Shown here: one piece after another, positions 20,560-29,677 of the stretch
Layout of the letters: every line of letters starts with the position of its first letter
Position numbering within the stretch: the first letter of the stretch is position 1
DNA from: Pirellulales bacterium
GTDB lineage: Bacteria > Planctomycetota > Planctomycetia > Pirellulales > JAICIG01
Reading direction: 5' to 3'
Assembly: GCA_040901675.1 (NCBI GenBank)
Contig: JBBDYJ010000015.1
Span: forward strand, 57,396-121,395
DNA: 64,000 nucleotides
Program-made: the position numbers and the translations under genes
The notes under the pieces: model-generated
The model's input: the letters and a program-made list of their open reading frames with translations, nothing else
Database searches by the model: none
Told to the model about the DNA's origin: nothing

Positions 20560-23099
20560 GCCCGTCGCGGTTGCCGACTCTGTGGCGCTACTCGTTGCGG
20601 CAGACCCAACGGCGGCCGGCCCGGGCGGTGCTCACGCTGCTGGGCATCGTGATCGGAGTGGCCACGATCGTGGCCGTGTCCGTCACGACGCAGGCGGCGC
20701 GGCGCGCCTACCGTGAGATGTTCGAGGCGCTGACCGGCCGGGCCTCCCTCGAGGTGGTCGCCGAGGCGATGGCTGGGTTCGAGGCGGAACAGGCCCAGGA
20801 GCTGATGTCGCTGCCGCTTGTCATGGCCGCGGTTCCCCTCATCCAAAAACCTGCAGCTCTGGTGACGTCATCCGGCCCGATCCCGGTGACTGTCTTGGGG
20901 ATCGATGCGGATCGGGACCGTGCGGCGCGCGACTACGAGCTGGAGCAGGGCCACTTCATCGGCGAAGAGCCGGGCGTGCTGCTGGGGCATGAGTTCGCTT
21001 CAACACATGGAATTGCGTTGGGCGCGACGGTTCGGCTGCTGACTATCAGCGGGCTGGTCGAGGCGCCTGTGGTCGGGCTGTTGCAGTCGTCGGGCGCGGC
21101 ACGATTCCACGGTGGAGCGGTCGTGTTCATGGCGCTTTCACAAGCGCAGCGCCATTTCGACCTCGCCGGAAAAGTGAACAGCGTGCAGCTCGTGCTGGCC
21201 GACGGCGCCGAGATCGGTCAGGCGGAGGCGGCAATCCGCAAGCGGCTGAACGTCGGGCAAACGGTCCGCGTTCCATCCGATCGCGGGCAGCTTGCCCAGG
21301 ATTCTTTGCTCAACATCGAGCAGATCCTGGCGGTCCTCAGCGTGGTGTCGATGGTGGCCGGCGCGTTTGTCATTCTGAACGCGTTTCAGATGAACCTGGC
21401 AGAGCGCCGCCGACAGTTTGCCATCCTGCGCGCCTTGGGCGCCACTCGGCTGCAAGTCACAAGTTTGCTGCTGCGAGAGGCGGCCGCCTATGGCGTCGCG
21501 GGCACAGCACTGGGCATCGCGGCCGGCATGGCCATCTCCTTGTCGTTGACTGGCGGCATGGAGCGGCTGCTGGGCACCGCCGTGCCGAGTCCGGCCTTGA
21601 CCCTGGAGCCACTGGCGTTGGCCATTCTGCTCGGCCCTGCCATGACCCTTTTGGCGACCTTCGGCCCGGCGCGCCGCGCTGGACGCCGCGCGCCGATCGA
21701 CGATCTGCTCGGCAAGACGCCGCCCGCCGGGACGAAGATGCCGCGGCGTTGGGCGGCGGCCGGCCTGGTTCTGATCACCGCCTGTGGGCTCATCGACATG
21801 GCCTTTATTCGCGGCTGGTTGACGCCCGCTCTGGGGCGGCTGCTGCTGCCGGCGGCCATGGTGCTGGGGCTCGCCGGCAGCGTGCTGGCCCTGGGCGTTG
21901 TCCTCGGGCCGTTAATGCGATTGGTCGGCGCAATTCTGGGGCCGCTGTTCGGGATCGAGGGAAGACTCGCCGTTCGCCAGTTGCGCCGCCATGCTTCGCG
22001 GACCGCCTTGACCGTCGGGGCCCTGATGGTCGCCATCGTGATCACGATCGGGCCGGGCAACGAGATCCGAAGCGCGCTTGACAATCTGCACGCCTGGTTC
22101 GACAACGTGGCGGGGGCGAACTTCCACGTCCTGGGCGCGGATACCGATCTTGGGTTCTCATTGAATATCGTCTCGCTGCCGGAGTCGCTGGGCGACGAGC
22201 TGGCCCAACTCGACGGCGTCGAGCGAGTCGATCGAGGCAACTGGTTTCCGGTTCGCGCCGGCGGCCGGCAGGCGCTGCTGATCGCCGCCACGTACAGCCC
22301 CGACCGGCCGGAGCAGCTCAATCCCGCCAAGGGGAATCCGCCCGGCGTCATGGAGCGGCTGGCACTGGGCGAAGTCGTCATCGGCACAGCGCTTGCCCAG
22401 TCGCTCCAGCTCGACGTGGGAGACGAGCTCGAGTTGGCAACCTCGAAGGGCCCTAGAAAGCTGCGAGTGGCCGGCAAGTGCAATCAGTACCATGCCGGCG
22501 GCATGACCGTTCATATGCAGCGGGAGGCGGCAGGGAAATGGTTCGATCTCGAGGGAGCCCACGTGTTTTCGATCACGGCCGATAAAGACAAGGCATCAAC
22601 GTTGGCATCCGAGCTCAAGGCGTTTTGCCGGCAGCGCGGCCTGCTGCTGCACTCGCGCGAGCAATTGCGGCGGAATATGGACCGGCGAAGCGCCGGCACG
22701 ATCGGTTTCCTCTGGGTCTTGATGGCGCTGGTGTTCGTGGTCGCGTCGCTGGGCATCGCGAATACACTGACCATGAACGTGCTGGAGCAAACTCGCGAGT
22801 TGGGCTTGCTCCGCGCGATCGGCATGCGGCGGAACCAGGTGCGCAAGATGGTCCTGGCCCAGGCTTCGGCGATTGCCCTGGCCAGTGCGATTCCAGGCGT
22901 CGTGCTGGGCATTGTTCTCGCCTACATGATGAACTTGCCGGCCGAGTGGCTGACCGGTCATCGGCCGCCGTTTGAGATCCACCTCTGGCTTCTTGCCGCC
23001 GCCCTGGCCGTCACGCTGTGCGTGGCGGTCGTTGCAGCCATCATCCCGGCCGATCGCGCCGCTCGCCTGCGAATCGTTCCCGCGCTGCACTATGAATAG
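20556..23099 (+). CDS. ABC transporter permease, duplicated MacB/FtsX type
   Basis: TLLGIVIGVA, ERRRQFAILRALGAT, EQTRELGLLRAIGM; ATGA overlap with the ATPase gene. Confidence 0.9.
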   Translation: MSPSRLPTLWRYSLRQTQRRPARAVLTLLGIVIGVATIVAVSVTTQAARRAYREMFEALTGRASLEVVAEAMAGFEAEQAQELMSLPLVMAAVPLIQKPAALVTSSGPIPVTVLGIDADRDRAARDYELEQGHFIGEEPGVLLGHEFASTHGIALGATVRLLTISGLVEAPVVGLLQSSGAARFHGGAVVFMALSQAQRHFDLAGKVNSVQLVLADGAEIGQAEAAIRKRLNVGQTVRVPSDRGQLAQDSLLNIEQILAVLSVVSMVAGAFVILNAFQMNLAERRRQFAILRALGATRLQVTSLLLREAAAYGVAGTALGIAAGMAISLSLTGGMERLLGTAVPSPALTLEPLALAILLGPAMTLLATFGPARRAGRRAPIDDLLGKTPPAGTKMPRRWAAAGLVLITACGLIDMAFIRGWLTPALGRLLLPAAMVLGLAGSVLALGVVLGPLMRLVGAILGPLFGIEGRLAVRQLRRHASRTALTVGALMVAIVITIGPGNEIRSALDNLHAWFDNVAGANFHVLGADTDLGFSLNIVSLPESLGDELAQLDGVERVDRGNWFPVRAGGRQALLIAATYSPDRPEQLNPAKGNPPGVMERLALGEVVIGTALAQSLQLDVGDELELATSKGPRKLRVAGKCNQYHAGGMTVHMQREAAGKWFDLEGAHVFSITADKDKASTLASELKAFCRQRGLLLHSREQLRRNMDRRSAGTIGFLWVLMALVFVVASLGIANTLTMNVLEQTRELGLLRAIGMRRNQVRKMVLAQASAIALASAIPGVVLGIVLAYMMNLPAEWLTGHRPPFEIHLWLLAAALAVTLCVAVVAAIIPADRAARLRIVPALHYE

Positions 23100-23141
23100 C
23101 GGCCGCAGTTTTCTTGACACTTCCGCCCGCCAAGGGGTAAG

Positions 23142-24626
23142 GTGACGGCCATGAAAGCCGGACGCTTGAACCAGCACGTTGCCAACCAGCACAGTGCCGA
23201 TCCGGCGATCAGCCGCCGCAGGCTGCTGGCCCTGGGCTCGGCCGGCTGCCTGGGCATGAGCCTGCCCCTGTTGTTCCGGGCCAGGGCGGCCCAGGCCGAG
23301 TCGCCCGCGGGGCCGCCCGCCGCTCGAATCAAATCGTGCATCGTCATTTTCTATTATGGCGGCCCCAGCCAGCTCGAAACCTACGACCTGAAGCCCGACG
23401 CGCCGGCCGAGATTCGCGGCGCGTTCAAGGGCATCTCCACCAGCGTGCCAGGCTTGGCCATCTCGGAGCACCTGCCGAACATGGCCCGTGTGATGCACAA
23501 GGTGGCATTGGTGCGCAGCATGCACCACGAGATGCGGCTGCACGACGCGGCCTGCGTACACACGCTCACGGGCCGCCCGCCGGCCCGCGGCGACGGAGAG
23601 AACTTTACGCCTCCCAACGAGTCGGAGTCGTTTCCCTGCCTGGGCGCCGCGTACAGCTATTTGAATCGCCAGCGGCGGCTGCCCGTGGCGCACGCGGCCT
23701 TGCCGTTCGTGATTCACAATGTGGTCCCCGTGCCGTGCCAGACGGGTGGCTTCCTGGGAAATGCCTACAATCCGTTCCAGATCAACAGCGACCTGGATAC
23801 GCTAGCCTACCGGGCCGATATGCTGGCGCTGCCGGAAGGCCTGACCCTGGACCGCATCGGCCGGCGGGGCGGCCTGCTGCGCTCGATCGATGCCGCCGGG
23901 GGCGCGGCCGCCTCGCAAAGCGCCCTGCTCATGCGGGCGCATTACCAGAAGGCGTTCGACCTGCTGGAGTCGGAGGCCGTGCGGCGGGCGCTCGAAATCG
24001 ACCTGGAAGACGAGCGGACCCGCGATCGCTACGGCAGCCCAGTCAACGGGCAGAGCTTCCTGGATGGTCCCACGGGCGCCAACGGCGCGCACCTGGGCAT
24101 CGGCCGCAACATGCGGGGCCAAAACCTGCTGGTGGCCCGTCGGCTGGTCGAGGCGGGCGTGCCGTTTGTCAACGTCTACGACTTCAAGCAGCAGGGCAAG
24201 AACTGGGACACGCACACCGACAACTTCAACCAGCACAAGGACCACCTGCTGCCGCAGGCCGACCAGGCCCTGGCGGCCCTGATCGAGGACCTGGACGAGC
24301 GGGGCCTGCTGGACACCACGCTGGTGGTCGCCTTGGGCGAGTTCGGCCGGACGCCGCGGATCAACGAGCAGGCCGGCCGCGACCACTGGCCCGACTGCTA
24401 CACGGCCCTGCTGGCCGGCGGCGGCGTGCGGGGCGGCTACGTTCACGGCGCCAGCGACAAGTTCGCCGCCTACCCCAGCCGCGATCCGGTGACGCCCGGC
24501 GACCTGGCCGCCACGATCTTCGACCGCTTCGGCATCGACGCCGCGACCGAGATCCGCGACATCGGCGGCCGCCCCTTCCACGTAGCCGACGGCCGCGCGG
24601 TGCGCCAGTTGTTCACCGACGCCTAA
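23142..24626 (+). CDS. DUF1501 domain protein
   Basis: SRRRLL leader, GGPSQLETYDLKP, WDTH, GEFGRTP, GRDHWP. Confidence 0.92.
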   Translation: MTAMKAGRLNQHVANQHSADPAISRRRLLALGSAGCLGMSLPLLFRARAAQAESPAGPPAARIKSCIVIFYYGGPSQLETYDLKPDAPAEIRGAFKGISTSVPGLAISEHLPNMARVMHKVALVRSMHHEMRLHDAACVHTLTGRPPARGDGENFTPPNESESFPCLGAAYSYLNRQRRLPVAHAALPFVIHNVVPVPCQTGGFLGNAYNPFQINSDLDTLAYRADMLALPEGLTLDRIGRRGGLLRSIDAAGGAAASQSALLMRAHYQKAFDLLESEAVRRALEIDLEDERTRDRYGSPVNGQSFLDGPTGANGAHLGIGRNMRGQNLLVARRLVEAGVPFVNVYDFKQQGKNWDTHTDNFNQHKDHLLPQADQALAALIEDLDERGLLDTTLVVALGEFGRTPRINEQAGRDHWPDCYTALLAGGGVRGGYVHGASDKFAAYPSRDPVTPGDLAATIFDRFGIDAATEIRDIGGRPFHVADGRAVRQLFTDA

Positions 24627-24630
24627 CCGG

Positions 24631-25446
24631 TCAGGCGCGGATGAGTATCTCGCCGCGGCCGAGGGCCACAAAGTCGCCGCTGTAAAGCAGGTATTCGGCC
24701 GAGAGGATCGAGTCGGGGACCGGGTAACCGTGCTTGCGCAGGGCGAGCAGATAGAGGCGCAAAAACTGGGGCCTGGCCCGGCCGGCCAGGCGGAAGGTAG
24801 GCAAGAGCGGCGGCGGATTGTCGCCCAGCAGCGCCAAGGTGCCGCGGCGCATGCCGGCCGCCGGGCGGATGCCGCAGGCGCCAAGCACGAACATGCTGCC
24901 GGCGATCATGTTCAAACAGGCAAAGTCGCCGGCCGAGCCCCCCACGACGATCAGGCCGCGGCGCATCGTGTGGCCCACCTCGTTGCCCACGTCGCCGCCG
25001 ATCAGGATCGTGCCCTTGGTCATGCCGCGGGCGCTGCCCCGATAGGCGGCCCCCACCAGGTGGCCCGCGCTGCCGCGGACGTGGATGAAACCGCCGTGCA
25101 TTTCGCCCCCCACCCAATCGCCGGCGTTGCCATCGACGTGGATCTCGCCGCCCGTCATCTCCGAGCCGACGTGGCGGCCCGCGTTGCCGGCCACGCGGAT
25201 CGAACCCTCGGCCATCTTGGCCCCGATCCAGTGGACCCCGGCCAGGTCCCCCTCGAACTCGATGCAACTGTCGGACGGATCGCCGGAGACCTGAAAGAAC
25301 TCGGCCAGCGGCAACTGGCGGTTGCCGTGGAACAAGTGGATGCGTTCGATCTCGGCCAGCGGCTTGCCGCGCACGGCCGCCGGCACCAGGCCTTCCACCT
25401 CGACCGGCACGCTTGTCGTGGCCTGGTATCGCAATACGAGCGGCAT
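24631..25446 (-). CDS. fwdC: Formylmethanofuran dehydrogenase subunit C (FwdC/FhcC)
   Basis: GxxMxxG beta-helix repeats, GMTKGTILIGGDVG, MRRG, C-terminal GDFVALGRGEI. Confidence 0.92.
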   Translation of the reverse strand: MPLVLRYQATTSVPVEVEGLVPAAVRGKPLAEIERIHLFHGNRQLPLAEFFQVSGDPSDSCIEFEGDLAGVHWIGAKMAEGSIRVAGNAGRHVGSEMTGGEIHVDGNAGDWVGGEMHGGFIHVRGSAGHLVGAAYRGSARGMTKGTILIGGDVGNEVGHTMRRGLIVVGGSAGDFACLNMIAGSMFVLGACGIRPAAGMRRGTLALLGDNPPPLLPTFRLAGRARPQFLRLYLLALRKHGYPVPDSILSAEYLLYSGDFVALGRGEILIRA

Positions 25447-25524
25447 GCAGCCTCGGACGTCTCTCGGACAAAGTGTAAAGGGCGAGTATAACCAAGGGGC
25501 GGGGGCCCTGACAGGAGGCGGACG

Positions 25525-26160
25525 ATGCGGTGCGGCGGGATCGTGCTCACGGGGGGCAAGAGCAGCCGGATGGGAACATCCAAGGCCATGCTCCCCTTTG
25601 GGCCCGAGCTGATGCTTCAGCGCATCGTGCGGCTGCTGGGCCAGGTCGTCGAGCCGATCGCCGTCGTGGCGGCGGCGGACCAGCCTTTGCCTCCGCTCCC
25701 ATCGGGGATCATTGTCGCGCACGACCGCCGCCCCGAGCGCGGCCCGCTCGAAGGCCTTGCCGCCGGCCTGGCGGCGCTCGAAGGGGGGGTCGAGGCGGCC
25801 TACGCCACAAGCTGCGACGTGCCCCTGTTGGCGCCGGACTTTGTTGGGCGGCTGATCGCGCTGGCCGGCGATTTCGACGTGGTGGTGCCCCGCACCGGCG
25901 GTTACCACCATCCCTTGGCGGCCCTCTACCGGCTGAGCGTGCGGCCGCACATCGAGGCCCTGCTGGCCGAGGACCGCTTGCGGCCCGTATTCCTGTTCGA
26001 GAGGGTCCGCGCGCGCGAGGTTTCGGCGGAGGAGCTGACCGATGTCGACCCGGCGCTCGACACGCTCAAGAACCTGAACTATCCCGAGGACTACCGGGCC
26101 GCGCTGGCGCAGGCCGGTTTTGGGGAGAAGGAGGAAGGAGGAAGGAGAAAGGAGGAGTAG
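25525..26160 (+). CDS. mobA: Molybdenum cofactor guanylyltransferase
   Basis: LTGGKSSRMG, GPLEGL, SCDVP, HPLAALY, NLNYPED. Confidence 0.93.
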   Translation: MRCGGIVLTGGKSSRMGTSKAMLPFGPELMLQRIVRLLGQVVEPIAVVAAADQPLPPLPSGIIVAHDRRPERGPLEGLAAGLAALEGGVEAAYATSCDVPLLAPDFVGRLIALAGDFDVVVPRTGGYHHPLAALYRLSVRPHIEALLAEDRLRPVFLFERVRAREVSAEELTDVDPALDTLKNLNYPEDYRAALAQAGFGEKEEGGRRKEE

Positions 26161-26278
26161 GAACGGACAAGGGCGCCTTCGCCGGGCATGCCGCGACACG
26201 CGTCGCACTGATCCGGATTTGGTCTGGTGTTGTTCGCCGCCGTTGCCATTGCGGTCAGATCCTTTTTGGAGTCGGTAG

Positions 26279-26707
26279 ATGGAGATCCGCCCCTACGAAG
26301 ACGCAGACGAGAGGGCTGTCATCGCCTTATGGAGGGAGGTGCTGCCCGACCGGCAGCCGCACAACGACCCGGCCACGTCGATCCGAATGAAGCTGGCGGT
26401 CGATCGGGAGCTGTTGCTGGTCGCCGACATTGACGGGACTGTGGTCGGCACGGTCATGGGCGGTTACGACGGCCATCGCGGCTGGGTCTACGCCGTCGCG
26501 GTGCAGCCGGAAAGCCAGCGCCGTGGAATCGGCAGCGCGCTGGTCCGGCGGGTGGAGAAGTCGCTCGCCGAGAGGGGTTGCTTGAAGGTCAACCTGCAAG
26601 TCCGCGCCTCGAATGCCGCGGTCATCGCCTTCTACGAAAAGCTCGGCTACACGGTTGAGCAACTGTTCAGCATGGGAAAGCGGCTCTACTCATGGGACAA
26701 GACCTGA
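26279..26707 (+). CDS. GNAT acetyltransferase (YpeA-like)
   Basis: MGGYDGHRGW, QRRGIG, KVNLQVR, FYEKLGY. Confidence 0.9.
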   Translation: MEIRPYEDADERAVIALWREVLPDRQPHNDPATSIRMKLAVDRELLLVADIDGTVVGTVMGGYDGHRGWVYAVAVQPESQRRGIGSALVRRVEKSLAERGCLKVNLQVRASNAAVIAFYEKLGYTVEQLFSMGKRLYSWDKT

Positions 26708-26779
26708 CGCTGCGACGAGGCTGGCTGCCGTGCTCGCGTCGCCGAACACTCGGATCACATATGCTGCGGAAGGACATAG

Positions 26780-27304
26780 ATGACTAGAGCCGCCAGAAGA
26801 ATGCCGCAGTTCTCGTTGCGCGCTCTGCTGCTCCTGGTATCCGCGTCGGCAGTCTTGCTCGCCTCATGGCGCGCCTTTGGCCCAACCGTTGCGCTGGGCA
26901 TCCTGATCGCCGTGCTTCTCACACTTCCGATTGCGACTCGGAACGGCTCGTGGAAGCGCGCGTATCTGCTTGCCTGCCTGGCAGTGTACGGGCCGTTCAT
27001 CGTGATGGCAGCGTACACCCAATTGTACGTCTCCTGCTCCCACTGCAAGTCAGCGGCATGGATGCTGTTGCCGTACGGCCCCGGACTGGTTCCGGTCGAG
27101 GTTGTCCGCCGCTGGCTCGATTTACCGCGGCCTTCGGACACGGTCTGGTTCGCGGTCGCGGTTTTTGTTTCCGGTGCCATGGTGATCGCCCTGGCCTGGC
27201 TGATTCAAAGAAGACGTTGGTGGTGGCGGGCCCTCAGCGCGGCCGTTGCGTTGACGTACGGCACGTTGGCCGCCATTGGCATTCTGGCGGCCATCCGCGC
27301 CTGA
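26780..27304 (+). CDS. Hypothetical membrane protein (PQFSLRALL N-terminal motif)
   Basis: Several hydrophobic helices; GGAAGGA RBS. Confidence 0.7.
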   Translation: MTRAARRMPQFSLRALLLLVSASAVLLASWRAFGPTVALGILIAVLLTLPIATRNGSWKRAYLLACLAVYGPFIVMAAYTQLYVSCSHCKSAAWMLLPYGPGLVPVEVVRRWLDLPRPSDTVWFAVAVFVSGAMVIALAWLIQRRRWWWRALSAAVALTYGTLAAIGILAAIRA

Positions 27305-27406
27305 GAAGGGCCGTAATCGATGGGCCGCAGCCGGACGGCCAGCGGGTAATCGGTTTGCCACCAACTACCTCCGGCCGGAAGTTGAGAGCACGATGAAAGC
27401 ACTGGC

Positions 27407-27793
27407 TCAATAAATGGTCACGTGATGCTCATTCTCCTCGATCGCACCCTCCTCGATAGACAGTCGGATCGTTCCTCCGTATCCGCGTTCAAAGTAGCCG
27501 CCGGCATTCAACCGTTGCCGGTTTCCGTCAGCGTCTGTGAACTCGATCTCCAAGTGGGACTCCCCACTTGGGCTTACCGTCGCGTAGCCAGAGGCCCCCG
27601 AAGCCAGGTCGCCCAAGGAATACGACTCACCAGTGACGTGCAGCATCACCGAGTGAATCGGCGTTGCTCCGGTGTTTTGTACCGTGACCTGGATTCCTTC
27701 CCGGAACCGGGGAGCGACAAAGATGAAACCGATCAGTAGGATGCTGACGAACCGTGCTACCCACCACCACAGTTGCCGTTGTTGCTCTGCCAT
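27407..27793 (-). CDS. Hypothetical single-TM protein
   Basis: GAAAGGAG RBS before MAEQQ; N-terminal TM followed by a beta-rich domain. Confidence 0.6.
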   Translation of the reverse strand: MAEQQRQLWWWVARFVSILLIGFIFVAPRFREGIQVTVQNTGATPIHSVMLHVTGESYSLGDLASGASGYATVSPSGESHLEIEFTDADGNRQRLNAGGYFERGYGGTIRLSIEEGAIEENEHHVTIY

Positions 27794-28007
27794 CCGATCT
27801 CCTTTCATGTCAGCCCCGACACGGACCGCTCACACGTCTCCAGCGTCCCATCCAACAACTCTGGATCAGCCAGTCGGTGATCGCCCTGGGACAACCGGCT
27901 ACGGCGCTTCCCGCACTACCACCTTTCGCCGGACGAAGACTGGGGCACGCTACCGCTTTGCCGCCAGCCACCCGGGCGAGCGTCCCTCTGCGTTCCTCCT
28001 TCCTCCT

Positions 28008-29672
28008 TTATCCTTCCTTCCCGCACGCCACTTCGCGCGAGGTGTGCATGTAGTCCGCCGTCACGGGATAGTTGCGGAAGCGAATCGAATAGTACTTCTC
28101 GAACCAGTCGGCAATGTCGGGCTCGATCCCCGGATCGAACTCGGGGGAGACGTGCAGCGTCTTGCCGTAAACGGGCTCGCGGATTTCGCCCTGCTCGACG
28201 ATCACCTCGCCGGCCTTGATCACGTAACGAGGCAGCTCGAACATCGTCTCCTTGTTCTCGTCGGGCGTGTAGATCGTGATGTCGGCGTCGGCCCCAGGTC
28301 CCAGGTGCCCCTTGTGTGCCAGGCCGAGGATCCGCGCCGGGGCCGCCCGCGTGATAATGCAGATCTCGGATAGCGAGTACTCGCGGTCCAGGTCGGCCAA
28401 CTGGCTGCGCTGGCGGACCAGCGGGTTCACGGTTTTGAGCATCTCCTGCCGCCAGGTGCGGTCCATCAACAACCGCACGATCTGCGGATATGCCAGGAAC
28501 GAGCCACCGTTGGGATGGTCCGTGCTCATCACCACCCGCCAGGGGTCCTCCATCAAGAGATACCATTCCAGGCCAATCGCCCACTGCAGCGAGTGCACCA
28601 GGCTCTTGTTGCGGTACTCGATGGGGGCGATGCCGCAGCCCGCTTCCATCTCGGTGTCGCCGCTGAACCATTTCGACTTGTAGACGTTGCTCAGGTAGTA
28701 GCCCAGCGGGCCGTCGCCCGTCATGCTGGTCGTCTTGCCGAACAGCACCTGCCCCACGTCGACCGTGATGTTCTTGTGCTGGTTGACGTAGTCGACCAGC
28801 GGCTGCACCTTCGAGTTGAACGTGTTCTCGTCCCCTTCGCCGCCGCCGTAGCTATGGAACTGGATGTGCGTCAGATGGCCGCGGTGCCCTTCCAGCGACT
28901 GCATCGTGTCGAGCGTGGTGGCCCAGTTGCCCGGCATCCCCAGCATGTTCGAATGGATGTGGACCGAGTGGGGCAGCTTGAGATCGTCGGCCGCCTGGGC
29001 GACGCCGCGGATGATCTGCCGCGGCGTCACGTTGAACGAGGCCACCGTCTCGTCCAGGCCGCTCACGTTGCCCGCCTGCCGCGACTTCCACACCTCGACG
29101 CCGCCCGGGTTGACCAGCTTGGGTGCAAAGCCCTTGGCGGCCGCCAGCAGCCAGGCCACAAAAGCCTTCAGCTTTTCCGGCTCGTTCTGCTCGATCGACT
29201 TCATCACGTAATGGTTGTTGCCCATCAGCACGTAGAACCCCTTGTCGATGCAGGGGGTGTCCGCGAACTCCTCGTGGGCGTGCCGCGCCGACAACGGCGG
29301 AATAGCCGCGTCGAAGGCCGTCGTATAGCCCAGCCCGGCGTACTTGTAGCCGGTGGCGAACGTGCTGGGCACGCTGCCCATCGTGCCGCTGTGCGTCCGC
29401 GGCGTGCGGCGGACCGGCTCGGCCTGGCGCTTTTCTTCAGGCCGCATCTTGCGGGCCATGTTCACCTTCGGCCCGGCGATGTGGCAGTGCATGTCGATGC
29501 CGCCCGGCATGACCACCAGCCCCGCGGCGTCCAGCATGCGCTCTGGGCGGACCTGCGGATCGGCCGGCGCGTCGACAATCCGCCCTTCGGAAATCCAGAT
29601 GTCGCGCACCTGGCCATCGACGCCGTTGGCCGGATCGTACACGGTGCCGCCGGAAATCTTGAACAGCGACAT
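28008..29672 (-). CDS. fwdA: Formylmethanofuran dehydrogenase subunit A (amidohydrolase, FwdA/FhcA)
   Basis: DMHCHIAG, GYTTAFDAA, KLVNPGG, HIH, THIQFHSYG, STDHPNGG. Confidence 0.95.
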   Translation of the reverse strand: MSLFKISGGTVYDPANGVDGQVRDIWISEGRIVDAPADPQVRPERMLDAAGLVVMPGGIDMHCHIAGPKVNMARKMRPEEKRQAEPVRRTPRTHSGTMGSVPSTFATGYKYAGLGYTTAFDAAIPPLSARHAHEEFADTPCIDKGFYVLMGNNHYVMKSIEQNEPEKLKAFVAWLLAAAKGFAPKLVNPGGVEVWKSRQAGNVSGLDETVASFNVTPRQIIRGVAQAADDLKLPHSVHIHSNMLGMPGNWATTLDTMQSLEGHRGHLTHIQFHSYGGGEGDENTFNSKVQPLVDYVNQHKNITVDVGQVLFGKTTSMTGDGPLGYYLSNVYKSKWFSGDTEMEAGCGIAPIEYRNKSLVHSLQWAIGLEWYLLMEDPWRVVMSTDHPNGGSFLAYPQIVRLLMDRTWRQEMLKTVNPLVRQRSQLADLDREYSLSEICIITRAAPARILGLAHKGHLGPGADADITIYTPDENKETMFELPRYVIKAGEVIVEQGEIREPVYGKTLHVSPEFDPGIEPDIADWFEKYYSIRFRNYPVTADYMHTSREVACGKEG

Positions 29673-29677
29673 CGGCT

